A stretch of 63,548 nt of DNA, the filler included, from Chiloscyllium plagiosum (lineage: Eukaryota): the NCBI RefSeq assembly GCF_004010195.1. It is 4 parts of one record of this genome, joined end to end, with 100 filler letters (N's around TTAATTAATTAA, not from the genome) between each part and the next. Parts side by side here need not be neighbours in the genome. Positions count along the whole stretch, not along the records: positions 31,689 to 50,490 come from NC_057712.1; 3 more parts are not named here. The stretch is one strand, 5' to 3'. The position numbers were made by a program, and so were the translations under genes. Shown one piece after another: positions 36,935 through 49,813 of this stretch (the stretch's first letter is position 1; every line of letters begins with the position of its first letter). The notes beneath the pieces were generated by a model that ran no database searches, was not told the DNA's origin, and was given only the letters and a program-made list of their open reading frames with translations.

Positions 36935-37450
36935 CTGAACACCATTTATCAATCATGCCGAATTGCCCTTAACAAGGCACTTGTGGTTTTGAAATGTGTC
37001 TGTCGAAGGAACCTGGAGGAATTGTTGCAGTGGAATTTGGAGATGGTATACTCTAACATGACTTGGGGGGATGGTGGTGAATGTTGATGCTGACCAAGTA
37101 AGCTGCTTTGACCTGGGCAACGGCAAGCTGCTTGATTATTGGTCAAGCTGCACTCAACTCAGAGATTGGGAATATTCCATTACTGGTGGGAGGTCAGGAG
37201 GTGAGTTACTTGTCACAGAATTCTCAGTCTTTGACTTGTTTTTGTTTGATATGGTCAGGTTAGCTTCTGGTCAATGGCAACTGCTGATATGTTGATAGTA
37301 GGAGATTCAATGATGGGAACGCTGGGGAGTGTCAAGGAGAATGAGTTAGATTTTTCTCTCTTGGAGATGGTCATTATCTGACATTAATGTCACTTGCCAC
37401 TTATTGTCCAGGCCTTGCTGCATGTCAGAATGATTTACTTCAGCATTGAG
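36935..37450 (-). mobile_element. Old CR1-clade LINE 3' region
   Basis: Degenerate reverse complement of the 4150-4385 and 22200-22740 sequences. Confidence 0.6.
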
Positions 37451-38738
37451 GATAACAAAGAGGTCCAAAGACCAGGTCTACTGTGATACTGAATTTCCCC
37501 CTTGTGTAGTTATGCAAAGTACTGTTTCACTGCTTAAACATTCTTGATACAGAGATAAATTTCATGTTAAATATTTGAGCAGCTTAAATTGCAATCTCAA
37601 AGTTCCTTGGATTGGAAACAACAGTTGCAGGATGCAAGTCATTCATTGATGATGTCATTGCTGCTATCTGGAGCCTCTGATAAGAAGAAGCAACTTTATC
37701 TGTTAGAAATAATGGTAAATACTTTGTTCATATACACAAATCTCATTAACACTATTCCAATGAAAATCGACAACTCTTGTGGGAGTGTTCTATCAAAATT
37801 ATCACTCAACTACATCATCAAAAATTAAAGTCTTGCACTGATACAGATTCTCAGGATGTCCCACAGCACTTCACATCCAGTTTAATGCTTTTGAAGGATC
37901 GTCACCATTGTAGCAGACAGTCCCAGATGCTTTAGGTCCCTGAGGGTATGTGGCTAGGGAGGGCAGTTTGGGAAAAAGGACTGGCAGCAGAGAGGATTCC
38001 TGAAGTTTCCATTTCAGAATGTTTTTCAGACAGCCATGAGCTGAAGGATGGGATCCTTAGACACAGAAACAGGAGATTCCGTAACACTTGATCTGGGTGG
38101 TATGGTGAGTGCAACATTGACCAGCAGCGCAACACAGCAAGAGGATAAATAACGTCTTATGTTCACAAGAATCAATGGGTGAAGGATAGAAACAGAGCCA
38201 ATCTTTATTCAATTCAACATAACACAAGCGCACCCCAGTTTCAGTCAGTGTCTCTTTATTTCTGCACAAGTGCTCAGCTCCAAGTGATCAGTTATAATAC
38301 ACATAGTACTATTCAAGGGTACTCATGGTAACTGTTGGCTCCTTTGCCAATTCACATCTTCTACTTTTCTGTGTGACTAATTATACTTAATTTTATAGAA
38401 TTATGCCGTATTTTTAACATTTCTCCAGCATCCATAGGAAATCTCTTGGGACTCAGTTAATCCCATATTTCCATTTGTGCCCCAGGATCTGGCACTGCTG
38501 GCTAGCTAAAAAATGTCTGGTTCACAGGATGGGGATGTGGGAATATCCTCCTGCTGCTGCCTTTGACTCTATGTAATGCCATGTGAATAAGGAGCAGGGA
38601 TGGTGTCAGCATGAAGAATACCAGAACATATATTGTGCATTGTGATTAAAGGGACAGCTACAATCATCGGGGATTTTAATCTACATGTCAAATGAAAAAT
38701 CAGATTGCCAATGATAGCCTGGCTAGAGCTATGGAGTA

Positions 38739-39320
38739 TTAGAGTCATACAGCATGGAAGCAGACTCTTCAGTCCAACCAGTCCATGCCGACCATAATCC
38801 CAAACTAAACTTGCCCCACTTGCCTGTACTTGGCCCATATGTCTCCAAACATTTCTTATTCATGTAGTTACCTAAATGTCTTTTCAATGTTGTAACTGTG
38901 CCCACATCCATTACTTCCTCAGGAAGTTCAATCCAGAAATGGGAGCCACTCCCTGTGTAAACAAATTGTCCCTCATGTCTTTTATAAATTTTCTCCTCTC
39001 ACTTTAAACATTTGCCCCCTCGTCTTGAAATTCCCCACCCTAGGGGAAAAAAAAACACCTGCCATTCACCTTATCTCTACTCCTCATTGTTTTATAAACC
39101 TCTATAAGGTCACCTCTCAACCTCTTACACTCCAGTGAAAAGACTTCCAATCTATTCAACCTCTCCTTATAACTCAAACCCTCCATTCCCAGCAACATTC
39201 ACGTAAAACTGAACCCTCTCCAGTTTAATAATATTCTTTGTTCTGGAAGACCAGAACTGGACTAGTACTCCAGGCGAGGCTTCTCCAATGTCCTGTACAA
39301 CCTCAACATAACATACCACC
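38739..39320 (-). mobile_element. CR1 3' fragment nested in the older CR1
   Basis: TTAGAGTCATACAGCATGG tail; ORF2 C-terminal remnants. Confidence 0.85.
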
Positions 39321-39979
39321 TTAGGTATCCCAAGAAGGCTTTTGTGAAGAGTTCTTATAGCAGTACATTCTGAAACCAACTACTTTAGACAGCAGGTTTT
39401 ATTGGATGTACTACAATGTAATGTGATTGGATGAATAAGTAAAAGTAATGGCACCCCTATGTATCCACAGCCTCCATATGATTGAACTTCACATTTAGTT
39501 TGAAGGGAAGAGAATGGGTCTAAGACTAGTATTCTAAACTTAAATAAGGAAAAGTATGAAGGTATGAAAGCAGAACTGATAGAATTGAACTGGAATACTA
39601 GGTTAGGGGGTCAGATCAGCAGAGACACAGGGGCTGGCATTTCACAGGGGATACTTTACACTACTCAGAACAAGTATATTCCCATCATGTCAAAAATTCT
39701 AAGGAGGGAGCTCACTAATCTGTAGTTAACTAAGTTGGGAAAAGATCAAACTTAAGGAAAAAGCCTAGAGTTGCAAAAAAAAAGCTGAGTGCCATGTCAG
39801 AAAATTGGTAAGAATATAAAGAATGGCAGGTAATGATTAATCAGGAGAAAGAAATGAGAGGATAGCGAAAGCTAGCTAGAAATGTAAGCATGAATAGCAA
39901 GGGTTTCTACAGGCATCTGAAAATGAAAAGTGTAAGTAGAATGAGTTTTGATCACCTAGAGATTGGGTGTGAGCAATAA

Positions 39980-40113
39980 AAGATAAAGTTGCCATAGTCT
40001 AACTGGACTGTAGGGCTGCTTTCTCATGTGTGTGTGAGAGAGAGAGAGAGGGTCACCACACCTCAAGCAAAGGGAAAGGTTGAGAAGGAGAGTACTTCAT
40101 GGTAACTTCAACC
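39980..40113 (-). mobile_element. tRNA-derived SINE 3' part (same family as 47055-47260)
   Basis: TAAAGTTGCCATAGTC...GAGAGAG...GGTTGAGAAGG shared with 47055. Confidence 0.65.
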
Positions 40114-40381
40114 GAGCAAATGGGAGATAATAGAGAAAGAGAGTGGACATTGAGTGGATCGTTGATAATAAAGAAACAGGATGAAATTAACTAACAGTTT
40201 GTTTCTATCTTAACTTTAAGTATCCAAAAATATTTTTACTGTAAGTCAGGAAGGGGAAAGAGAAATGGGAACTTGGTGAATTTACAGTCACTCAGGAAGT
40301 GGTACAGAGCAGATTGATGGAGCTACAGGCTGGCAAGTTCCTGGGTCCAAAGTGATCTCATCTCAAGGTCTTAAAAGAGGT

Positions 40382-40479
40382 CAAAAAGAGAAAATGCTGG
40401 AAAATCTCAGCAGGTCTGGCAGCATCTGTAAGGAGAGAAAAGAGCTGACATTTTGAGTCGAACTGACCCTTTGTCAAAA
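40382..40479 (-). mobile_element. PLE pLTR solo fragment, family 3, with a degenerate hammerhead
   Basis: Perfect 13-bp TSD TCTTAAAAGAGGT (40369-40381 and 40480-40492); minus strand TTGACAA A GGGTC AGTTC GACTC AAAATGTC. Confidence 0.8.
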
Positions 40480-40661
40480 TCTTAAAAGAGGTGTTTTATG
40501 AGATAGTAGACATGATGGTGTTAATTGTCCAAAATTCACTAGATTCTTTCAGACTAGAGAGGGGTGAATATAACTCCTCTCTGCAAGAAAGGAAGGAGGC
40601 AGAAAACAGGGAACTAGAGCACAATTAACTCAACATCCATTATAGGTAAGGTGTTAGAATC

Positions 40662-40757
40662 CTGATGAAGGGCTTTTGTCCGAAATGTCGATTTTCCTGC
40701 TCCTCGGATGCTGCCTGATATGCTGTGCTTTTCCAGCACCACTCTGATCTAAACAAA
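40662..40757 (+). mobile_element. PLE pLTR solo fragment starting exactly at the hammerhead core (40662-40689)
   Basis: CTGATGAAGGGCTTTTGTCCGAAATGTC; 11-bp TSD GTGTTAGAATC (40651-40661 and 40758-40768). Confidence 0.88.
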
Positions 40758-41254
40758 GTGTTAGAATCGATCATTAAGAAGGGTATAGCTGGGCATTTAG
40801 AAAAACTGACAGCAATTGGAAGGAATCAGCATGGTTTTGTGAAAGGAAAATCATGTTCAAGTAATTTATAGCAGTTCTTTGAAGGAGTTACATGTGCTGT
40901 TACTATCATGTAGATATATTGGGATTTCCAGAAGGTACACTCGACAAGGTGCCATATAAGAGGTCACGGTATAAAGTGGGAGTTTGTAGAATAGGGGGTT
41001 AACACACAAAGAGAAGAATAGCCGGCTAGCTAACAGGAGATAGGCATAAATGGGTCTTTTTCTGATTGGAAGGATGTGATGAATGGAGTCCCACAGGAGT
41101 CTGTGCCGGGGCCTCAACTTTGTCCAATGAATATTAATCACATGGACGAGGGCAGCAAAGGTACAGCAGTGAAATGTGCAGCTTCCACAAAGCTAGGTTA
41201 GAGAGTGTGTGGTGAAGAGGATAAAAGGCGATTGCAGATCAATATCCAGAGAAA

Positions 41255-41790
41255 CACAGAATGTAATGGCAGAATAGGCCATTCGGCCTTCCGGGCCTGT
41301 TCCACTAAACAATAGGAAAATGGCTGATCACCCGACTTTGTCCCCTGTCCTCACTTTCTCTCCCATATTCTTTGATATCCTTAACTATATCTAACTCCTT
41401 CTTGAACGCATTCAATATTTTGACCTCAACCCTTTTCTATGGCAGTGGATTCCACAGGCCCACCATTCCCAAACTGAAGAAATTTCTCCTCATCTCAGTC
41501 CTAGATAGCCTACGCCCTATCCTTAGACTGTGACCCCTGGTCTGCACTCCCCAGTCATTGAAAACATCCTTCCTGCATTTATCCTGTTTAGAATTTATTG
41601 GTTTCAGTGAGATCCCCCATCATTCTTCTCAAACTCCAGGGAATGTAGTCCTAACCAATCCAGTCTTGCTTCATATGTCCTGCCATGCCAGGAATTTGTC
41701 TGGTAAATCTTCGTTGCACTTCCTCCCTGGCCAGAACATTCTCCCTTAGGTAAGGAGACCGGAACTGTACACAATACACCAGCAGTGAAT
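41255..41790 (-). mobile_element. CR1 3' fragment
   Basis: YCVQFRSPYLR...EVQRRFTR and YEARLDWLGLHSLEF remnants; GGCCATTCGGCC stem. Confidence 0.85.
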
Positions 41791-43057
41791 TGCAGTGAGA
41801 TTGAGACATGAGCGGAGAGAGCGGGAGGCAAGGGGCTGGTCCTGAAGAAAACCTCGACCAACTAACCCACAACATCTGACTGTACGTCAGCCATTTTGAG
41901 TTGAATGCCTGGCCCAGATCTCCAAAGCGATGGGAGAAGATTCTGCTTTCTAACTGTCTGGAGTTGATCCCGTCCCAAATACTGGAACACTGTGGTATCC
42001 CACTGGCACCTCAACCACCTCTGAGAAGTGGAGTATGAACACTCGAGTCCACAGTCCACTTTTAGCCACTTGGGCCTGAACCTGCGCAGAACTTGCGACC
42101 TTTGAATCAAATTCAACATGGACTCACCTTCCAGATCCTCTGGATCTCACTCGGGCCATCCGTCCCACCGAAAATAATGAAAAGATAATGCTTCTTTAGG
42201 TCTCAGGACTGGAACTGGAGTTGCTCGCTGACATCCAGCATTGAATATAAGGAGCATATTGCTCTCCCTGTTCCCAGAGTTTCTCCACGCTGTGATGGGA
42301 ACACATACCACAGCACAATACAAGGTGAGAATCAGGACAACTCGGAATCAAGGCCAAGGAATTCAAGCTTTATCCCTCACTATGAATTCTTTGGAGGCAG
42401 AAACAAATTTATTGAATTTGTTACTTTATACTGTTTAGAAACCATGGTGACACAATTACCTTAAATATACTGCCTGGAAATGAGACAGAACCAGACTCAA
42501 TCCTGAAGGAACTGGATGATTATTTGATTAGAAACAAGATGCAGGGATAAGGCAGGAGAATGGCAGTAGGCCATAATGCTTATTCAGAGGGCTAGTGCAG
42601 AAATTGTGGGCTGAACAGCCTCCTTCACACACTTCTGTGATTTTCTTTTCAGTGCTTGTATTTGTAAGCAAAGTATTTCAGTGACAGCTTCCAGAACTTC
42701 CCTTCCTTAACATCTATTAACTCAGGTAAAAGCACCATCTTCCTCCAACACCGTAAATCAGGGAGGGGAAGCATAATTTGATACGAAACTTAACCATTCG
42801 AATGTTGCCAAAGAATCTGCAGCTTTTTGAAGTGCTCAGAAAGCCAGACAGTGTCTGTGGACAGACACAGAGGTAACACTTGAGGGTGAGCTGACCCCTG
42901 CATCAGAGAACTGAGCACAGTTAGAAATCGCTCAGGGGAAAATTCTTTACTCAAAGTGAGGCTAATAATGTGGAGCTCATTCCATTGAGGAATAGCTGAG
43001 GTAACTTGCATAGAAACTCTGATGGGAAAAACGAAATGCAGGTTGTTCTGCTATAAC

Positions 43058-43250
43058 GAGAGTGTGGTGCTGGAAAAGGACAGCAGGTCAGGCAGCATCC
43101 GAGGAGCAGGAAAATCAACGTTTTGGGCATAAGTCCTTCAACCCCGAAACGTCGATTCTCCAGCTCCTCGGATGCTGCCTGACCTGCTGTGCTTTTCGAG
43201 CACCACACTCCCGACTCTGATCTTCAGCATCTGCACTCCTCACTTTCTCC
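43058..43250. mobile_element. Palindromic PLE pLTR mini-element with its junction inside the hammerhead
   Basis: Inverted arms meet at ~43140; 14-bp TSD TGTTCTGCTAWAAC (43044-43057 and 43251-43264). Confidence 0.88.
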
Positions 43251-44410
43251 TGTTCTGCTAAAACATGTGTTTTGTTGACACGAGTTCGCTGTAACAGGAT
43301 TGACAAATTGGGGGACATTATCTGAGTCACTGGATTAATAGCCCAGTAACAAAACCACAAAGCCATCCATTCAAAGGCTTGTACACAGCATAAAGACTGG
43401 CCTGGATATAGAGGGCTGAGGGAGCTGCTTTGCAGCAAAGGAGATTGTTGGTAAACTCCAATCCCTAAATCCAGTTCCACTTGCAAAATACCCTGCTTGC
43501 TCTCCAGTAAAAACAAGTCTCTATGTGTGTACAGTATTTTTCTACTCATTCAAGAGCAGACATGAAGCATAAATTGCTTGAAAGCCAAACCTTTCCTTTT
43601 TTTTTAAGTATTAGTTTTGTTTTAACAAAGCTCAGCAGTCAGACCACCAACCACTGCTGCCGGAACTTTTCCCCAGTAATGCACACTGTTGATTTATTAA
43701 GGACAGGTGGGAATCTCCTATGATTTCATGCAGGAACAGCAAAGTCCCAGTCTTCTTTCACTGCTCCATATTTCATAATTTATGGAGATCGTGTGGGGAG
43801 TCCACATTCATTCCTTCTTCTGAGCACAAATGTTGCAATGACAGAGACACCCTCTTTCGGGAGAATTCTGATCATAGCAGAAGAGGAGAGGAGGGGATGG
43901 AGCACAAATTCAAAGTGTTCACCTTCAACAATCACAATTGGGACATTATATCATCCAGAATGTTCTCTGTTGCCTGGGCGACGCTTTCAGTACTACATTG
44001 TACCTTTTGTCTTTCAGAAAATGGAGCACGCTCTATCACTGTATGTCACCCAGAAACACAGTCTTTTATACATATGACGCTAGATGCCAGGGAATTTTTG
44101 TGTCACAGCAAAAAGTGCAGAATTTCAGAGCGAGGTAAGGGAGACATGTCAAAGGTTGTGAAGGGCTTGTGTGATCTGGGCGGTATGGTGGCATCGATTC
44201 TGCACTAACAACGCTACTACCTACACCAGTCCCACTTTCCCACACTAGGCCCATAGCCTTGAATGTTCTGACATCTCAGGTGCTCATCCAAGTACATTTT
44301 GAAGGTTTGAGATTCCCTGCCTTAATTACTCTCCAAGGCAGTGCATTCCGGACCCCCACAACCCTCTGGTTGAAAAGACATATCTCAAATCCACTCTAAG
44401 CCTCCAGCCT

Positions 44411-44693
44411 GGGTGGCGTGGTGGCACAGTGGCACAGTGGTTAGCACTGCTACCTCACAATGCTGGAGACCCAGGTTCAATTCCTGCCTCAGGTGACTGT
44501 CTGTGTAGAGTTTGCACATTCTCCCCGTGTCCAAAAATGTGCAGGTTAGGTGAATTGGCCATGCTAAATTGCCCGTAGTGTTAGATGAAGGGGTAAATGT
44601 AGTGGAATGGGTTTGGGTGGGTGTGCTTTGGCGGGTTGGTGTGGACGTGTTAGGCCGAAGGACCTGTTTCCACACTGTAAGTAATCTAATCTA
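44411..44693 (+). mobile_element. HE1-type V-SINE
   Basis: GGTTCAATTCC B-box; TAATCTAATCTAA tail. Confidence 0.93.
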
Positions 44694-44814
44694 AAACCTT
44701 TCACTTTCAACATGTGCTCCCCTTTTCTTGAACATTTGGGAAGGGGAGAAACTGCTTTCTATCCACCCTGTCCATGAGTCTTACAATCTTATACACCTCA
44801 ATCAAGTCAACCGT

Positions 44815-45136
44815 GGGCAGCACGGTGGCACAGTGGTTAGCACTGCTGCCTCACAGCGCCTGAGACCCAGGTTCAATTCCCGCCTCAGGCGGCTAACTGT
44901 GTGGAGTTTGCACATTCTCCCCGTGTCTGCGTGGGTTTCCTCCGGGTGCTCCGGTTTCCTCCCACAATCCAAAGATGTGCAGGTCAGGTGAATTAGCCAT
45001 GCTAAATTGCCCGTAGTGTTAGGTAATGGGTAAATGTAGGGGTATGGGTGGGTTGCGCTTCGGCGGGTCGGTGTGGACTTGTTGGGCCGAAGGGCCTGTT
45101 TCCACACTGTAATGTAATGTAATGTAATGTAATCTA
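44815..45136 (+). mobile_element. HE1-type V-SINE (young, full length)
   Basis: Intact A/B boxes, CpG-rich V-domain and (TAATG)n tail. Confidence 0.96.
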
Positions 45137-45447
45137 ACCCTCAACTATCACTGTCCCAAAGAAAACAGCCCGAGTCAACTCAGTCTCTCTCCGTTATTGT
45201 TATGCAGCACACCATCCCAGGCAACATCCTGGTGAATCTCCTCTGCCCCTCCGTCCAGTGCAATCACATCCTTCCAATAGTGTGGCATCCAAAGTGCCCA
45301 CTGTCCTCTGGCTATGGACTGTAACTAAAAGTCTGTACAGCTTTCACTCAGCCTCCCTGCTCTTATAATCTACACAAAGACTGATAAAGGCAAGCATCCC
45401 ATGTGCATACTTAACTACCTGTGTCCAGTCACCATCATGGATCTATG

Positions 45448-45638
45448 CTGAAAATGTGTTGTTGGAAAAGCGCAGCAGGTCAGGCAGCATCCAAGGAACA
45501 GGAGAATCGACGTTTCGGGCATAAGCCCTTCTTCAGGTCCTTTGGGATGCTGCCTTGGATGCTGCCTGACCTGCTGCGCTTTTCCAGCAACACATTTTCA
45601 GCTCTGATGTCCAGCATCTGCAGTCCTCACTTTCTCCT
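45448..45638. mobile_element. Palindromic PLE pLTR mini-element; hammerhead at 45509-45536 (-)
   Basis: Inverted arms; 16-bp TSD CCATYATGGATCTATG (45432-45447 and 45639-45654). Confidence 0.88.
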
Positions 45639-46054
45639 CCATTATGGATCTATGGACAAGCATCCCAAGATCTCTCTGAGCTTCCTCGTGTCCTTCCATT
45701 CCTTGAGTTCTCCCTTGTCTTGTTACTTCTTCCAAGGTGCATCACTTTTCATTTCCCAGGACTGAAACTCACTGATCTTGGGAGTGGGGTGAAATTTTCC
45801 TGGCTGTCGTTTTTAAAAATGAGTTCCCAAGTTAAGATATACCAGGATTTGATAGGTGTGCATTGATGTCAGCTCTAAGCAAAGTATCCAGAAATTCTAC
45901 AGGGGTTTTGGGAAAGAAGGGTTTGAGAGGAAGTTGTAGAAAGCTGATAAGATGTTGAATAAGATTTTGGGTATAACATTGAAAGACTCTTAACAAGAGG
46001 ACACCAAGATAACTGCGGAAACAGCTGCTGAACCACGTGAATGATAGTCAATAT

Positions 46055-46570
46055 TAGACTTATATGGCATGGAAGCAGACCTATTAATCCAACGCTGACC
46101 ACATTCCCAAAATAAACTACTCCCACCTGCCTGCACTTGGTCCATATCTCTCCAAACCTTTCTTATTCATGAACTTAACCAAATATCTTTTAGATGTTGT
46201 AACTGTACCTGCATCCATCGCTTTCTCTGGCGGTTCATTCCAAGTATGCAGCCACTGTATAAAAACGTTGCCCCTCGTGTCCTTGTTAAATCTTTCTCCT
46301 CTCACCTTAAAAATATGCCCGCTTGTTTTGAACTCCCTCACCATTGGGAAAAGACCCTTGTTATTCACCTTATCTGTGCCCCTCATGGTTTGATGCACCT
46401 CTATAAGGTCACCCTTCAACTTCTACGCTCCAGTAAAAAATGTTTCAGCCTATCCAATCTATTTTTGCATCTCAAACCCTCCATTCCTGGCAACGTCCTG
46501 ATAAATCATGAACCCTCTCCAGTTTAATAATATCCTTCCTATAACAGGGCAACCAGAAAATGCATAGAGT
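46055..46570 (-). mobile_element. CR1 3' fragment
   Basis: ORF 46117-46419 KGDLIEV...RGERF...WNE. Confidence 0.88.
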
Positions 46571-47054
46571 ACAGGGAATGTTATCCAAACTATTCAGGAT
46601 TCAAGACTTCCCAGAACGAGGAAGGGGTAAAATTGCTGGATCCGTTTCAGGAGATGGAGGTAGCTGAAGTGGATGGAATGTCATGTGGGGAACACTCAGG
46701 GGTCAGTGATCAATGCATCATAAGGTATAGGTTATCCACAGGAAGGATCAAGGAGCAATCCAAGTAAAAATAATTCATTGAAGAATGGGTCAGTTCCACG
46801 TAAAGTGAAATCAAAGATTAAGACAAAACCATAATTAAACTAGAGGCTGCCCTGAAACAGGAGGAGCACAGGTAAACAGGAGCAAAGCCATGTCTTCCTG
46901 GATGATAAAATCGGTCCAGAATAAAAGCACACAATCAGCATCGTACAGACGGAGGCCATTTTGCCTGTTCTGGGTCTGTACTGTCTGTCTAAATCAAGGT
47001 ATCATTGGGGAGCTTCTCCCCATAACCCTTCCTTTTTAGATATTAATCTGTCAG

Positions 47055-47260
47055 AGTAAAGCTGACATAGTCCCACTCTCTCTTTCCAGAGAGAGATGAC
47101 TGGTACTGCTGTAACCTAATGGTCACCTCACTTTCTCCTAGCCACCATATCTCAGGCAATGGGAGAGGCTGAGAAGGTGGAGCCTTCGGGAATTCAACCC
47201 ACACTATTAATGTCACGCTACATTGCAAACCAGCCATCCAACCAACTGAGCTAACCAACT
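47055..47260 (-). mobile_element. tRNA-derived SINE
   Basis: Minus-strand head GGTTAGCTCAGTTGG...GGGTTGAATTCCC. Confidence 0.7.
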
Positions 47261-47414
47261 CCAAGGTAACAATCCAATATCCTCTCAAATGCCTCCTCCA
47301 AACTCTGAAGCAGCGTATTCCAGATCTTGACTAGTTGCTGCCCTTTGTTTGAGTTTACCCTCATGTCTCCATTGTTTCTTTTCCAGTTACCTTAAATCTG
47401 TAATAAGGACAATC

Positions 47415-48890
47415 ATCACCAGCCACAAGTACCATGTGGCTGATTCCATTGCCATCTCTTCCAGTGGTCCCCAGTATCACAGGTACCATTCTTCAGCCAA
47501 TTCAATTCACCCCACATAATATTAGTAAATGATTGGAGGCACTGGATATTGCAAAGCCTATGGGCCCTGACAATATTCTGGCTATAGTACTGAGGACTTG
47601 TGATCCAGAACCTGCCACTCCCCCAGCCAAGCTGTTCCAGCATGGCTCCAACCTTGGCATCTACCTGACAAATGTAGCAAATTGCCCACATCTGTCCTGT
47701 CCACAAAAGCAGGACAAATTTGACCCAGTCAAATACCACGCCATCAGTCCCTTCTCGATCATCAGTAAAGTGATGGAAGGTGTCACCAACAGTGCTGTCA
47801 AGCAATAACCTGCTCAGTTTGACTCTCACTAGGGCCACTCAGTTCCTGACCTCATTACAGCCTTGGTTTAAACATGGACAAAAGAGCTGAATTCCAGAGA
47901 TGAGGTGAGAGTGACAGCCCTGGACATCAAGGCTGTATTCGACCGGGTGTGGCATCACGGAGCCCTGGCAAAACTAGAATCAATGGGAATCAGGAGAAAA
48001 ACTGTCTGCTGGATGGAACTTCTAATGTGAGTAACTCATTTACAGGACGCACTACACCAATGTTCATTCAACAGCATCTTCCACTCTCCAATTTCTACCA
48101 CATAGAAGGACAGGAGCAGCAGATACATGGGAACACCACCACCTGCAAGTTCCTCTCTGAGATACCCACCATCATGATTTGGAAATAAATTGCCATTCCT
48201 TCACCATCATTGGGTCAAAATCCCTTCTCGATAGCAGTGTGGAGATAGTGACCCCCGTAGTTGAAGAAGCTCACCATCACTTTCTCAAGCAATTAGAGAG
48301 AGCAATAACTGCACCCCTCACCAGGAGGGCCCACATCCGAAGAACAAAGTACATTAAAACCTCCTGACTCCCCAAAGTCTGTCCACCATCTGTAAGAGTG
48401 TGATGAATACTCCCCACTTGCCTGAATGGGTGCAGCTCCAACAACAATCTAGAAGACCACCACCATCCAAGTTTGGATGGCAGCACCTTAAACATTCACT
48501 CCCTCCACCACCGATACGCTGTGTGTATCCAATACAAATGAACTCCAGCAATCTGCCAATGCTCCTTCGACCACACCGTCCAAACTCACAACCTCTGTCA
48601 CCTGGAAGGACATTGGAGCAGGAACATGAGAACACCAAGATGTGCAATTTCCCCTCCATCTTGACTCACCATCCTGACTTTGGAAATATAGCGCCACTCC
48701 TTCAGTGGCCTTCAATGGTGAAAAACTGGGAACTCCATCCCTGACTGCATTGTTGAGGGTATCTACTACTTACGGAATGCAACGGGTCAAGGGTGCAGTT
48801 CACACCCCCTTCTCGAGGATAGTTGGGAATGAATAACAAATGTTGGCCTGGCCAGTGACACATCCCAATGAGTGAATAATAATCTGTGAT
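47415..48890 (+). mobile_element. CR1-clade LINE RT fragment plus two 3'-end copies
   Basis: LDIAKPMGPDNI...YHAISPFSIISKVME; ALDIKAVFDRVWH in a shifted frame; tails near 48350 and 48880. Confidence 0.8.
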
Positions 48891-48984
48891 CTGTGCTTGA
48901 ATCACATCCTTTCTTCACATTTGCACCATAACTACATGAGACAGAGATTTATACATGATCAAAGCTTTGAAACCAGTACGGACA

Positions 48985-49283
48985 TAGAGTCATAGAACTG
49001 CACAGCATGGAAGCAGACCCCTTGGTCCAACTCATCCATGCCAACCAGATATCCTAAACCAATCTAATCCCATTTGCTAGCAATTGGCCCACCTCCCTCT
49101 AAACCCTTCTTATTCATATTCCCATCCAAATGCCTTTTAAATGCTGTAATTGTACCAGCTTCCACCACTTCCTCTGGCAGCTCATTCCATACATGCACCA
49201 CCCTCTGTGTGAAAACGTCGCCCCTTAGGTCTCTTTTAAATCTTTCCTCTGTCATTTTAAACCTATGCCCTCTAATTCTGGAA
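48985..49283 (-). mobile_element. CR1 3' fragment
   Basis: ORF 49064-49255 FTQRVVHVWNELPEEVVEAG. Confidence 0.9.
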
Positions 49284-49666
49284 TGATGGGCTGAATGGTT
49301 TCCTAAGCACCAGAACCCTCTCGAACTCTGCGAAATGTCTGATTCTATCCTTCACCGGCAGTCAGGGTTTGACTTCACCACTTTTCTTCACCGTTAGCTC
49401 CTGGGGCGTTTTGTACAATTCCTTGGGGCAATAAAGTTATTCCTCTCCTCAGCCAGCCTCACCATTGGGACAAGCTGCATTCTCTGAGCATCCCCTTTGT
49501 GTGAGCTGAGCAGTTCCTTTCAAAACAAAAAGAAAATGGATAGTCCAGAGGGAGTGTGAAAGCTGGCAGCAGTGGAACAGTTGACATTGTTGACAGTCCT
49601 CAAATGAAGCTCATTGCAATTTGTCAGTCACCATGTTGGTGTAGCAGGCATTGACTGACATGTTAC

Positions 49667-49813
49667 CACCCTTCACCATTCCAGTAACTCACCATTCGGA
49701 TCACCATCAGGAACACCATTCGGATTACCATGAGGAACACCATCCGGATTAATATCAGGAACACCATCCGAATCGCCATCAGGCACACCATCCGGATCAC
49801 CATCTGGAACACC
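49667..49813. repeat. 24-bp minisatellite (CACCATCCGGAT-CACCATCAGGAA, 12-bp sub-period), about 5.5 copies
   Basis: Direct reading of the units. Confidence 0.9.

Larger units (their letters stand above)
38600..41250 (+). mobile_element. Old degraded CR1 ORF2 (APE to RT) with several younger insertions
   Basis: GGGGATTTTAAT (GDFN), CAGCATGGTTTTGTGAAAGG (QHGF) and GTCCCACAGGAGTCTGTG (PQ-SV) remnants. Confidence 0.75.
44195..45770 (-). mobile_element. Old CR1 3' region interrupted by two SINEs and a pLTR palindrome
   Basis: CR1 pieces at ~44195-44408, 44694-44812, 45137-45447 and 45639-45770. Confidence 0.75.

Noticed and set aside
43720..44208. 162-aa single-exon gene
   Set aside because: No recognisable domain; only the internal splice-bounded part is kept as a weak exon candidate.
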